Source: a virus (Duplodnaviria > Caudoviricetes). From it: DNA of 60,168 nucleotides. Made by a program: the position numbers and the translations under genes. The notes under the pieces were generated by a model, which saw only the letters and a program-made list of their open reading frames with translations, had not been told where the DNA came from and ran no database searches. Shown here one piece after another: positions 18,801 through 27,479 of the stretch. Position 1 is the stretch's first letter. Each line of letters starts with the position of its first letter. The stretch is taken from positions 1-60,168 of the IMG/VR virus record IMGVR_UViG_3300031753_000007. The stretch is one strand, 5' to 3'.

Positions 18801-20279
18801 TCGGGCACCGCCGACAACAGTCACACATGGACGGATGGCACGACAAGTGGCACTTACGCACCAACGGCCGCTCCAACATTCTCCGTGTCCAGCCCTCCTA
18901 TGTTGATCACTGCTCACACAGGAGCCCCGGACAACTCGCATGACTGGGTAGGTGGCACCAGCGCTGCACACTATACGCCCACAGCTGTCCCGGCTGGCGC
19001 TGGCTACACCGTGAACGCCTTCGCCGGGTTCCGGGCCTCCATTCTAAGTGGCACTAACGTAGGCTGCTACGGCGTGGTCGTATCGAATACCGCAACCGTG
19101 ATCACCGTGTCCAGCTGGCTGACTAACTACCAGTTCGTCCCCTGTACAGCCCCCGACAGCACATCTAGCTTCGTAGTAGAGCCCAATTGGGGTACTCAGA
19201 CGACAAGTGGCGGCATGACTTGGGCTGACATGGCTGAGAATGGGATTGAGAATAATCTGGGCTCTGGCCTAGGTCTCGCTGTCATCGAGGATACGGATGT
19301 GCCAGGCGATACTATCTCCATAGCAGGCCCCTATGTCAGCCTAAAGAACACGAGCGTCACCCGTAACGACTGGCTTGTGCTACCATCAGGCAATGCCTTT
19401 AATTCGCATTCAGTCAATGATCTTGACCTAGACGTCTATAACTCGATAACGATTACGCAAGCAGGTCACACACGCTATCAGAACTGGGCTATCCCTCGAC
19501 TTACAACAGGAGGAACGCCTACTACATACAATGGCACCCTCTCCCATTACGTCGGCACTAAGCCGATGATCTGGAGCTGCGGCGACGAGACTACCGGGAT
19601 TGCCTGTAACGATACATGGATCGGGGGGCGCACCAACTCGAATGCGGCGCATGACGCCACGCTGACAATCCTAGAGTACGGTGGCATGCTGGGCCGCGCG
19701 ACACCGTTCGGTACGAATCAAGCTGGTACGGATACGGACATGACAGGTGGACCGTCAACAGGCAGCGCGAATGGTGGTGCAATTAACTTCTGGACCTCTA
19801 ATCCTGGAGGGTCGGGTACAACCGTCAACTCTGGCCTGAAGCGGTGGCTGGTCTCGACCGCTGGGCACTTCTTCACGGGCCTTGACAACACCTATGACAT
19901 AGGGGCGACGGGAGCCAATCGGCCACGCAATATCTATGCTGCCACCCAGTTCATCTCGCAGGTAGCGACAGGTACGGCACCTATCGTGGTGTCGTCGACC
20001 ACACCGGTAGCTAACCTGACGGCTGTACCTACGACCTACAATCATTCAGGTACGCAAGCCACTGGCGCTCATGTCGTACAGGACCGCTGTACGCTCGGGA
20101 CGAGCTGCTCGGTGACGCTGACGGGATCTGCTGTCTACACGAGCTCAAGTACCTACGACTGTGTCGCCATTGACCGTACGGGGGCGAATGCGATTCAGTT
20201 CGCACCGTCGTCAGGCAGTGCCTTCGCACTTACAGGCACGGGGACGGATGCGATCTCATATGTCTGCGTGGGGAACTGA
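15810..20279 (+). CDS. Large tailspike/fibre (beta-helix, depolymerase-like) with Sec signal peptide
   Basis: AGGAGG SD before GTG 15810; RLRLAVLAGLLALVCLPAHA/V; head-binding-like VTVFLHGTLTLASIFSD..NPF..GRYDV; PEWWGA..NTPAIQAAI beta-helix cap; PGGSNTQLQFN, DNTYDIG fibre motifs. Confidence 0.75.
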   Translation: MRLRLAVLAGLLALVCLPAHAVDIYARYNGNCMQGGSPVTVNGIQSSQKVMQSFPGAGCSVTVFLHGTLTLASIFSDAGGLFPLANPFSATSTGIAAWYSADGRYDVQYGGTSITSPFTISDIGLCFSCVGGTGTVTSSGSPVAGNIPKFTSPTNIAPAAATDLIALWSGTCNASTFLRGDGACATAGGGTPGGSNTQLQFNNSSAFGGITNVAGGSLLASGGVSTTPSFQVKAIYDTRDWMTCDGSTDASSGMNSLLSAIGTAEASIRFIGSSNASAACRIGNTFFPANVSLDFSGGGALQLISSSTVIGGGSYVNGTSVECGTGTTCSLPALSVTAGNTIVVMEAPYPGFTFKTTKVADSCGNFYIHVFQSLANQPRNQGAWVASNVSAGGGTCIITATTNGSVTTHMMLAAQVTGMGPVTALDTSASANSTGTTMSSGAATTLTGAFLLGFGGQPFTSETCTAGAGYTQPASVAGQSTNGHICAEYKNVSSGGSTTATQTITSDPSPGTWVYSLISLKPGNATGTIWGGIINPDRHQIFLNADSATGHGVIDFTGSPITFDIYPEWWGASSNATGATNTPAIQAAIWAAYGGGQTQARTNASGLAVYNRPLRITSSYPINGELKMYDVIGFQMLGVNRLFSGFTQNTANLRIIDGQAIAYGEFSDLNFTNAASSTNAQVDLDFNGTSTPNDLRPQFIDFHRDNFVGNNQTDVGVLIAKSGGTAQGSNIQCYDCASVGFTGAAWQIGGNNTGRNAGRFYALNALALGYTGDIQGCPLYGIAVYGGGYISVGGDTGTGMTTMENGFSTQTGFDMYCEATQGPCIMDHVRSESRRLIAGSNIHVKDSRTLNQSAFPTPGNTFPVFPTVGSIIQGSAVGGDGHYYKVTGQTSAFGGVGTPAAPVLASSGSTTTVANTNETVAGSLTIKAFTALETVTQAVTGASGTLLNLPTSTGTITGSVATGTIGSGDTMTQATSGVTCTSSNTPTGTQSLLCTNFSGTADNSHTWTDGTTSGTYAPTAAPTFSVSSPPMLITAHTGAPDNSHDWVGGTSAAHYTPTAVPAGAGYTVNAFAGFRASILSGTNVGCYGVVVSNTATVITVSSWLTNYQFVPCTAPDSTSSFVVEPNWGTQTTSGGMTWADMAENGIENNLGSGLGLAVIEDTDVPGDTISIAGPYVSLKNTSVTRNDWLVLPSGNAFNSHSVNDLDLDVYNSITITQAGHTRYQNWAIPRLTTGGTPTTYNGTLSHYVGTKPMIWSCGDETTGIACNDTWIGGRTNSNAAHDATLTILEYGGMLGRATPFGTNQAGTDTDMTGGPSTGSANGGAINFWTSNPGGSGTTVNSGLKRWLVSTAGHFFTGLDNTYDIGATGANRPRNIYAATQFISQVATGTAPIVVSSTTPVANLTAVPTTYNHSGTQATGAHVVQDRCTLGTSCSVTLTGSAVYTSSSTYDCVAIDRTGANAIQFAPSSGSAFALTGTGTDAISYVCVGN

Positions 20280-20972
20280 ATGCCGTACGCGCAAGTCACC
20301 CTCGCCCAGCTCCGTAGTTACTTCTACGAGCAGGTCGGCGGGAACACGGCCTTCTGGAGGACGGATGAAGTCGACCGTATCCTGCAAGAGAGCGTGCGCG
20401 TGTTCAACTGCCTCACTGGCTTCTGGCGGGGCCGCGTCAACTTAGGCCTCACGGTCGCAGGGCAGCACTGGTATAACGTCCCGTCAGGTCTTACCTATAT
20501 CCTGCGCGTAGAGGCAGATCAGGTACCACTCGGCTCCTCCTCGTTATGGGATCTCGACTATGGGCAGCCTGCATGGGAGAGTGAGACTGCGAGCGCAAGC
20601 GACCCAGCGCCTAAAGTGTTTGCTCCCGCGGGCGTCAACCTGTTCGCTCTATGGCCTGCGAGCTTTGCAGGCACCGAGAGCCTCGTAGTCGATGGCGTCA
20701 CACCCGCTCCCGTGCTCACGACGGTCGGCTCCATCGACCTCGGCCAGAGCGAGCTGACGACCATCCTCAACTATGCCCAGCACATCGCGCAGTTCAAGGA
20801 AGGCGGGCAGGAGTTCGAGGCCTCGCAGCTCTGGCTGCAGGACTTCCTCAAGGATGCTGGCGGACGCAACGCCATACTCATGAATAGCAGTAAGTTCCGC
20901 AATTGGATGGGGTTGACGGATCGCAAGAAGCGTCCCATCCATAAGCCTGAGCAACGCGTAGGAGCGAGGTGA
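20280..20972 (+). CDS. Head-tail adaptor/ring protein 2
   Basis: TLAQLR..FWRTDEVDRILQES..GQHWYNVP..LWP. Confidence 0.7.
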   Translation: MPYAQVTLAQLRSYFYEQVGGNTAFWRTDEVDRILQESVRVFNCLTGFWRGRVNLGLTVAGQHWYNVPSGLTYILRVEADQVPLGSSSLWDLDYGQPAWESETASASDPAPKVFAPAGVNLFALWPASFAGTESLVVDGVTPAPVLTTVGSIDLGQSELTTILNYAQHIAQFKEGGQEFEASQLWLQDFLKDAGGRNAILMNSSKFRNWMGLTDRKKRPIHKPEQRVGAR

Positions 20973-22036
20973 TGGCCGTCACCGACCAGGAAGTCGAGGC
21001 CAACGTTATCTACCGCCTGCTGGAGAATGGCAACGCAGACGCTTCCCCTGCGCCTGTGACGGCCATCACCCTGACGCTCTCTGGCGGCGCCCATACCTAC
21101 AAGTTCTTCAACGTCTGGTTCCCGATCGGTGCAGGCGTCTCCATCCTAGGCCAGAGCTATACCGAGACTGTCATCATCAACAACATCGGTGCCGCCTCGA
21201 TCCTTGTGCAGGACAACTTCGGTCACAGCCAGGTTATCCCCGCGCTGACGCAGGCGAATGTGTCTCTAGTATCCACAGGCGATGGCGTGACCTTGCTGCA
21301 GATCCTGATCGGCGCGGTGAATCCCGCTGACACGGTCCAGATGATCGCATGGAGCCCGTTCATCCAGAAGACCGGGACAGGCATCAACCTGATCCCCTTT
21401 GCGAATCAAGGCTTCCTCGGTTGGGGCCAAGATATCGGCGTGACTGCCACCATCATTCCCATCAATCCCCTGTTGACCACCATGTTCACTGTCCAACAGA
21501 TCTTCGACTCGATGAACCGGGTGCAGCAGAAATTCCTGCTCGACACAGGTATACACTGCGTGCGTACGACGATCGGTGGGGTCGTGGGCCAAGGCACCTA
21601 TGCGTTGCCTGTGGACAGTACACGTCCCCGTCGCCTCACCTGGACCGACTCGACTGACCTCAAGACACGGGCCCTCACGCAAGTCGACACTTGGGAACTT
21701 GACCAGGGCTTCCCAGACTGGCCCAGCGATCAAGCCATCCCCATCGTATGGTGGGAGACCACGCTTCCGCAGCAGCAGGTGGGCCTCGCTAAGACGCCAG
21801 CGAACAACGGCACCATTGGCCTGCTCTACGTGCAGCTCGCCGCGACGCTCGCGGGCACAGGCGTGACGCTGGTGGTCCCGGACGACTGGAGCCCTTACAT
21901 CCTGTGGGGGACGCTGGCGGAGTTACTCAGTGCTGATGGCCAGTCCTTCGACCCTCTACGCGCCCAATACTGCCGCCGTCGCTACGAGGAAGGCGTGGAA
22001 CTCGCACGCTTGGTGCTGGGAGGGAGCTGGACGTGA
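20969..22036 (+). CDS. Head-tail adaptor/ring protein 3 with inserted domain
   Basis: MNRVQQKFLLDT..GQGTYALP..VPDDWSPYILWGTLAELL. Confidence 0.7.
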   Translation: MMAVTDQEVEANVIYRLLENGNADASPAPVTAITLTLSGGAHTYKFFNVWFPIGAGVSILGQSYTETVIINNIGAASILVQDNFGHSQVIPALTQANVSLVSTGDGVTLLQILIGAVNPADTVQMIAWSPFIQKTGTGINLIPFANQGFLGWGQDIGVTATIIPINPLLTTMFTVQQIFDSMNRVQQKFLLDTGIHCVRTTIGGVVGQGTYALPVDSTRPRRLTWTDSTDLKTRALTQVDTWELDQGFPDWPSDQAIPIVWWETTLPQQQVGLAKTPANNGTIGLLYVQLAATLAGTGVTLVVPDDWSPYILWGTLAELLSADGQSFDPLRAQYCRRRYEEGVELARLVLGGSWT

Positions 22037-25000
22037 GTCAGTACAACCATGCGCTTCGTAAGTTCGCAGACACTGGCCTCCAGCTGCGCCTGCCCGTCGA
22101 CTTAGTACCAGCTACGCAATATAGCCGCTTGACTAATGCGCTCCCCGTGATCGAAGGTGAGATCCGCACGCGTGATGGGCTGACGCTGATAAAGGACGTC
22201 TTCACGCAGGCGGCTATCGCCACTCTCTCGCGTGCGAATATCGGCACCCTACTGGCTACGACAGCCACCACGATCTATCCCCACGGCTACGTTGTAGGCC
22301 AAGGCGTCACCATCGTGGTCGTAGGCAATGACCCAATGGGGGGCAACGTAATCGAGATCGGTACCTTCTTTGTCACCATTACGGCAATTCCATCGCCTAC
22401 TCAGTTTCAGTGGGCGGTAGGTCAAGGAATCCCAGGCACTTGGTCTGGTACTCAACTGATGGCTAATGTCTTCGCTCAAGCCACAGGGGCAGGGCCAGTG
22501 CAAACACTCAACGCGACTGTCATCACCAATATCTTCCGCCTGAACCAGTCGCTGCCCAGCGTCCCGAGTGACCAGATCGTGGCCATGAGTGGGCGGCTTT
22601 ACCGTTCCAACCTGAACACGACAGCTCCAACGTCTGTAAGTTTCGTCATCAACGCCTTAGGCATCTCGATCAACATCATCACGGTAACACTAACGGCACC
22701 ACCTTTCACACTTCCCCTTGGTACGCTGGTCACGCTCTCTGGCCTCACCACTAACCCTGGACTCAATGGCGCTACCTTCTTCGTCTCCCAGATTACATCT
22801 ACGACGGTTAGCGGGTTCATCTCGCAGTTACCTGTGCCCAACCTAGCGGAGACCGGGCAGATCACGGGACAGACTCTAGTACAGCCTCCGTTCGAGGAGC
22901 TGGTGCTGCCATCCATCGCAGGTGAGCCGCCATCGACGCAGAATGGCTTCTCTCCGCGTCCACTCTCGATCATCGAGTTCCGCTTCACGGACGACCCTGC
23001 ATCGTGGGCAATCATCGCGAGCCCGAGCGTGATGGCTAAGTACCGTGAGCAGGCAGGCAGCTTACCATTCCTCTTCTTCGGCTTGGGGAACTATGTGCCT
23101 ATCCTGCCCGCTACGGCTACGGCAGGTGCGGCAGGCAGCTTGAACTCGACAGGAGGAGCTAACTATGACTGGCGCTACACTTACTACGACGGCTATGTGA
23201 ACACGGAGGGTAATCCCTCGCCAGGCACGGTTGCGGGCTCGGTCGATGTCAAGAACTCGACAGCCCAGACCAATCCCGACCCTAACTTCAACGGGGGCGG
23301 CTCATTTCCGTTCACGAACTCGGCCTTCACAGGCGTCTCGAATACAGGGGGCACAGGCACTGCGACTCAGTCCGATGCGACCACGTTCCACCAGACCAGC
23401 TGTCGCTGGCGGGGCTTCGCCAATCCAGTCACCACACCCTTCTTGATCACACTAAGCGTTACGTGGCAGGTCACCATCGTCCATACGACCCCAGCTCCTG
23501 TGCAAGGGCAGCTCAACTACTCGACCGATGGAGGTGTGACCTTCCACAACTTCGCTGTCGTCTCTAACGCCTCCTCGGGGACGCTGGTCTCGACGGTGAA
23601 CCTGCCGCTCTCGACTGACTTCACGCAGGTCCAGCTGCAGGCATATGGCTTCTGCAACGTCGACGTTGCTACCCACATGACAGGCAGCTCCGTCACCATC
23701 CTCATCTCGAACATCGAGATCGACAGCAACCTGAGCCCGACGTCCGGTGCTATCCCAGTCGTAAACCAAACTGGCGTGGTCTGTGTGCAGGCACCTACAG
23801 TCAATGATGGGCGCATCACGGGCATCCGCCTCTACCGCCGCGGTGGGTCGCTGCCTGATTTCTGGCGTCTGGTCGGCACCTTCAACCTAAGTGCCCTTGT
23901 GCGTGGGGGCTGTGGCGTCGGCTTCCTCCAGATCATCGACAACGTGCCCGACAGCCAGCTCTCTACACAACCCTTCCTCCAGCTCGACAACGACATGCCC
24001 GTCTCGTCGATCTCCACGCTCAACCAGCCGCTCAACTTCGTCTGGGGGCCAGTGGGACTAGAGGCGCGCGTGCTGGGTGTAGGCGACCCCAACCGCCCTG
24101 AGTGCGTCTACTTCTCGAAGCCAGGCAACCCGGATGCGTGGCCTCCCGAGAACTTCCTCGAAGTGTCGGAGCCCGGCACGCCCATGGTCGCAGGCTGCGT
24201 CTACAACAACCAGAACTTCGCCTTCTCCCGCGAGCGCATTTATCAGCTCATCGAGGGTTACATCGCGAATGTCACCTTCACTCCCTTCGTCACGCCCTCA
24301 GCACATGGCCTCTTTACGCCGTGGGGCCTCGCGGTCGGGCCAGCGATCTACTTCGTGTCGAAGGATGGCATCTACGAGACCATCGGTGGCCAAGAACGCT
24401 CGATCGTCGAGAATGATATCAAGCCACTGTTCCCCACTTACGATACGCCGGGGCAGGACGTCGAGGGTTACGAAGCGGTTGACATGACGAAGCCTGACAA
24501 CATCCGCCTGCGCTATCACAACGATGAGCTTTACTTCACTTACACAGGCGCGACCACAGGCACTCGCCAGATGCTCGTGTATGACATCCTCAAGAAGCGG
24601 TGGCGCGCAGGCCGCTTCTCCGCTGGCATCAGTGAGGTCTACTCGCAGCCTGACATCACCAGCTCACTCCTGCTAGGGACCGATGGGGGCGCGTACTACT
24701 CGGCTGGCGGCAACTTCGATCCCTTCGAGCTGGATGTGATCGAGAATGCGATCATCCTAGCCGCGGCTACGGCTACGACGCTCACGCCGGGCAGCTACTA
24801 TGCGCGCATGAGCCGTTTCACAGCAGTGGGTGAAGTCGCACTCTCGAACGAAGTCGCAGGCCTCGCCATAGATGCAGCACATGGCATCTTGGTAGTGTTC
24901 CCCAGCGCTCCGGCAGGTACCACTAAGTGGCGTGTGTACTATGGCACGACACTCGGCCAAGAGAACCAGTATATGGAGTTCATCGAGGCCACCGTCGCGG

Positions 25001-25749
25001 GCTTTGCCAATCGCACTACGCTCATCACGGCGCCCGGCACGGCAGGCTCGGTACCTACGGTGAATGCAGACCATAACATCTCTGTGGCGCTGCGTACGGG
25101 CGCGAACGACGAGGGCATCCCCCTCAACCGCAAACAGTATGGGAATGTGATCTTCGACCTAGACCCAGGCGGTGCGACGAACGCTGCGCCTGTGACCATC
25201 ACGCCTTACATCAATGGCGAGACTGCGAACCAAGCCACGATCACTGTCACGGGTACGGGACGCCAGCAGGTGGCACTCGACTTGAACGACTACTTCGCCT
25301 TCAACACGGAGTATGAGGTCAAGTGGGAGAGGACGGATGTGGGCGGGGGCGTCATCACGGCACCTATACTCTATCAGTACGACACGTTGTGGTTCCCTGA
25401 GCCAGTTGGCGTTCTCCACTGGCAATCGCAACCTACCTCCTTTGGCTTCCCAGGATATGTGCACTGTCGCGACGCTTATATCGCCATACGCTCGACTGCC
25501 ACTGTCACACTTACTATGACCATCGACGGCGTGACGGTACAGACTTATACCATCCCCTCGACAGGAGGCCAGCGTCTCAAGCAGTACGTACCATTCGCAT
25601 CGAATAAGGGCCTGCTCTATCAGTTCGCACTGGATAGCACGGCTGAGTTCCGCATCTATGAGCCCGATCTTGAGACGCGTGCGAAGCCGTGGCTTGGCAT
25701 CTTAGGCTACAGCGTACAGCGCGTGCTCGGTGGGGAGGTCGCAACGTGA
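22033..25749 (+). CDS. Tail nozzle/stabilisation protein with inserted domains
   Basis: LTNALPVIEGEIRTRDG, VYFSKPGNPDAWP, IYFVSKDGIY, LVYDILKKRW beta-propeller patterns. Confidence 0.75.
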   Translation: MSQYNHALRKFADTGLQLRLPVDLVPATQYSRLTNALPVIEGEIRTRDGLTLIKDVFTQAAIATLSRANIGTLLATTATTIYPHGYVVGQGVTIVVVGNDPMGGNVIEIGTFFVTITAIPSPTQFQWAVGQGIPGTWSGTQLMANVFAQATGAGPVQTLNATVITNIFRLNQSLPSVPSDQIVAMSGRLYRSNLNTTAPTSVSFVINALGISINIITVTLTAPPFTLPLGTLVTLSGLTTNPGLNGATFFVSQITSTTVSGFISQLPVPNLAETGQITGQTLVQPPFEELVLPSIAGEPPSTQNGFSPRPLSIIEFRFTDDPASWAIIASPSVMAKYREQAGSLPFLFFGLGNYVPILPATATAGAAGSLNSTGGANYDWRYTYYDGYVNTEGNPSPGTVAGSVDVKNSTAQTNPDPNFNGGGSFPFTNSAFTGVSNTGGTGTATQSDATTFHQTSCRWRGFANPVTTPFLITLSVTWQVTIVHTTPAPVQGQLNYSTDGGVTFHNFAVVSNASSGTLVSTVNLPLSTDFTQVQLQAYGFCNVDVATHMTGSSVTILISNIEIDSNLSPTSGAIPVVNQTGVVCVQAPTVNDGRITGIRLYRRGGSLPDFWRLVGTFNLSALVRGGCGVGFLQIIDNVPDSQLSTQPFLQLDNDMPVSSISTLNQPLNFVWGPVGLEARVLGVGDPNRPECVYFSKPGNPDAWPPENFLEVSEPGTPMVAGCVYNNQNFAFSRERIYQLIEGYIANVTFTPFVTPSAHGLFTPWGLAVGPAIYFVSKDGIYETIGGQERSIVENDIKPLFPTYDTPGQDVEGYEAVDMTKPDNIRLRYHNDELYFTYTGATTGTRQMLVYDILKKRWRAGRFSAGISEVYSQPDITSSLLLGTDGGAYYSAGGNFDPFELDVIENAIILAAATATTLTPGSYYARMSRFTAVGEVALSNEVAGLAIDAAHGILVVFPSAPAGTTKWRVYYGTTLGQENQYMEFIEATVAGFANRTTLITAPGTAGSVPTVNADHNISVALRTGANDEGIPLNRKQYGNVIFDLDPGGATNAAPVTITPYINGETANQATITVTGTGRQQVALDLNDYFAFNTEYEVKWERTDVGGGVITAPILYQYDTLWFPEPVGVLHWQSQPTSFGFPGYVHCRDAYIAIRSTATVTLTMTIDGVTVQTYTIPSTGGQRLKQYVPFASNKGLLYQFALDSTAEFRIYEPDLETRAKPWLGILGYSVQRVLGGEVAT

Positions 25750-26168
25750 CCTTCAAGATGCAACCCGACGTGATCGTGCGCGTGGACGATCCTCAGCACG
25801 TGGCGCAGAACACGAACAAGAACATGCAGCGCATCTTCACCGCCCACCAGACGCTCGATGGTACGGCGATCAAGGCGCCGACATTGGGCGGTGGATTCGC
25901 GGTGAACTCGGGCTCGCTGACGGTCACAGGCTCGAAGACGGGCATCGCTTCCGGCCTGACGGCGGTCACGCAGGTGGTGGCGTCGATCGACAATGGCGCG
26001 ACGGCCACGAACTTCTGGGTGACGGCTAGGGTGACGCCTACGAATGCGGCACAGGTGGACGTGTTCGTCTGGCAGCCGACCGCGGCCGGGAACAATACGC
26101 CGATCGCAGCGACGACGCCAGTGACGGTCAGGTGGTGGTGTTCTGGGACCTCGACCGCGTCGCAATAG
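25746..26168 (+). CDS. Small tail protein
   Basis: GTGA overlap, GGAGGT SD. Confidence 0.6.
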   Translation: MTFKMQPDVIVRVDDPQHVAQNTNKNMQRIFTAHQTLDGTAIKAPTLGGGFAVNSGSLTVTGSKTGIASGLTAVTQVVASIDNGATATNFWVTARVTPTNAAQVDVFVWQPTAAGNNTPIAATTPVTVRWWCSGTSTASQ

Positions 26169-26198
26169 TCTTGCCAGCGAAGGTGGATAGGAGCCAGA

Positions 26199-26861
26199 AT
26201 GGCGCGAGGTGACGACATGACGCTGCTGGAGAGGTTGGCTGGGACCCCACCGCCGTCGCCCCCCAGCGCTGTGCCTGCTGAGCCGCCTGCGGCCGTGGTG
26301 CCGACGCACGGCAACATCCGCCTCGTCCCCTACAACGCCATCTACGACCCTCAGGCTGACGCCTTCCTCGCCTATATGTGGCAGCGCCTGCAGCGCGACG
26401 ACGTGGTCGACTACTACTTCCCGGGCCAGAAGGAGACGGGTTTCGCCACCTTCGTGCGCATGATGAGTGGGGATGCGCAAGTGGCGCTCGTGATCACTGA
26501 CGCGACCAACGGCCAGTGGAAAGACACAGTGGCAGGCTTCGTCACGTGGACGCCCTCGCATATGGGCGCAAGCGAGGTGATCATCGCTGGCTTCATCTTC
26601 TTCCGTGAGTTCTGGGACCACCGCACAACGGACAACACAGGCGCCGCGGCCTTCGACTACTGGTTCACCCAGACCAAGGCGCAGGTGGTGCTGGGCGTGT
26701 GCCCGGCGTTGCATATGACCGCCTTGCGCTACAACAAGCGTATCGGCCTGCACGAGGTGGGACGCATCCCACAGGCGCATCTCTACCACGGCGAGCCTTG
26801 TGATGCAGTGCTCGTGGCGATCACACGGAACGAGTGGCTCGCTCGTAAGGGAGGCAACTAG
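26199..26861 (+). CDS. GNAT-fold protein of the tail/ejection module
   Basis: ALRYNKRIGLHEVGRIP GNAT motif; same position as P22 gp14/T7 gp13. Confidence 0.75.
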   Translation: MARGDDMTLLERLAGTPPPSPPSAVPAEPPAAVVPTHGNIRLVPYNAIYDPQADAFLAYMWQRLQRDDVVDYYFPGQKETGFATFVRMMSGDAQVALVITDATNGQWKDTVAGFVTWTPSHMGASEVIIAGFIFFREFWDHRTTDNTGAAAFDYWFTQTKAQVVLGVCPALHMTALRYNKRIGLHEVGRIPQAHLYHGEPCDAVLVAITRNEWLARKGGN

Positions 26862-27479
26862 ATGCCGCTTGCTGCCGCAGCAGGACCGGCGATTGGCAAG
26901 GGGCTGGCGGGAGCTGGCCTCGGTGCTTCGGGCGCGAGTGGCAAGAAGGCCTCGAACGCCGCCAATAAGCTCGCGCAGCAGCAGCTGCAGCTTCAGCAGG
27001 GACAGTTCGGCCTAGCCAAGCAGCAGATGGGCCTGGGCAATCAGGCGCTTGGTGGCGCCTCGAACTACTGGAGCGCTCTGCTCTCTGGGGACCGCAACGC
27101 AGCTCAGAACGCTGTGGGCCCTTACGCTTCGATGATCGGCTCTACGGCGGAAGGTGGCCGTCAGGCGATCCAGGCACTCACGCCGCGCGGAGGCGAGCAG
27201 AACCTCGCACTGGCCCAGAACTACAATCAGGCGCAGAATCAGATCGCACGCCTGTACGCTGGGATGCAGCCACTTGCGGCGCAGGGCCTCGGGCAAATTG
27301 GTGGCCAGTACCTCGGGTCTGCCGCTGGCTTCAATCCGAATGCGAACATCGGTGCTGGTGCAGGCATCTATGGGCAGGAGATGCAGAGCGCTGGCCAAGC
27401 GGGTGCGGGCTTTGGCAGCCTGCTCTTCAACCAGTTGAACAAGGCGCGTAACGGTGGTGGGGGCGGAGGCAAACAGTAA
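26862..27479 (+). CDS. Putative ejection (internal virion) protein 1
   Basis: Ala/Gly/Gln-rich, AANKLAQQQLQLQQ; position after GNAT. Confidence 0.7.
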   Translation: MPLAAAAGPAIGKGLAGAGLGASGASGKKASNAANKLAQQQLQLQQGQFGLAKQQMGLGNQALGGASNYWSALLSGDRNAAQNAVGPYASMIGSTAEGGRQAIQALTPRGGEQNLALAQNYNQAQNQIARLYAGMQPLAAQGLGQIGGQYLGSAAGFNPNANIGAGAGIYGQEMQSAGQAGAGFGSLLFNQLNKARNGGGGGGKQ

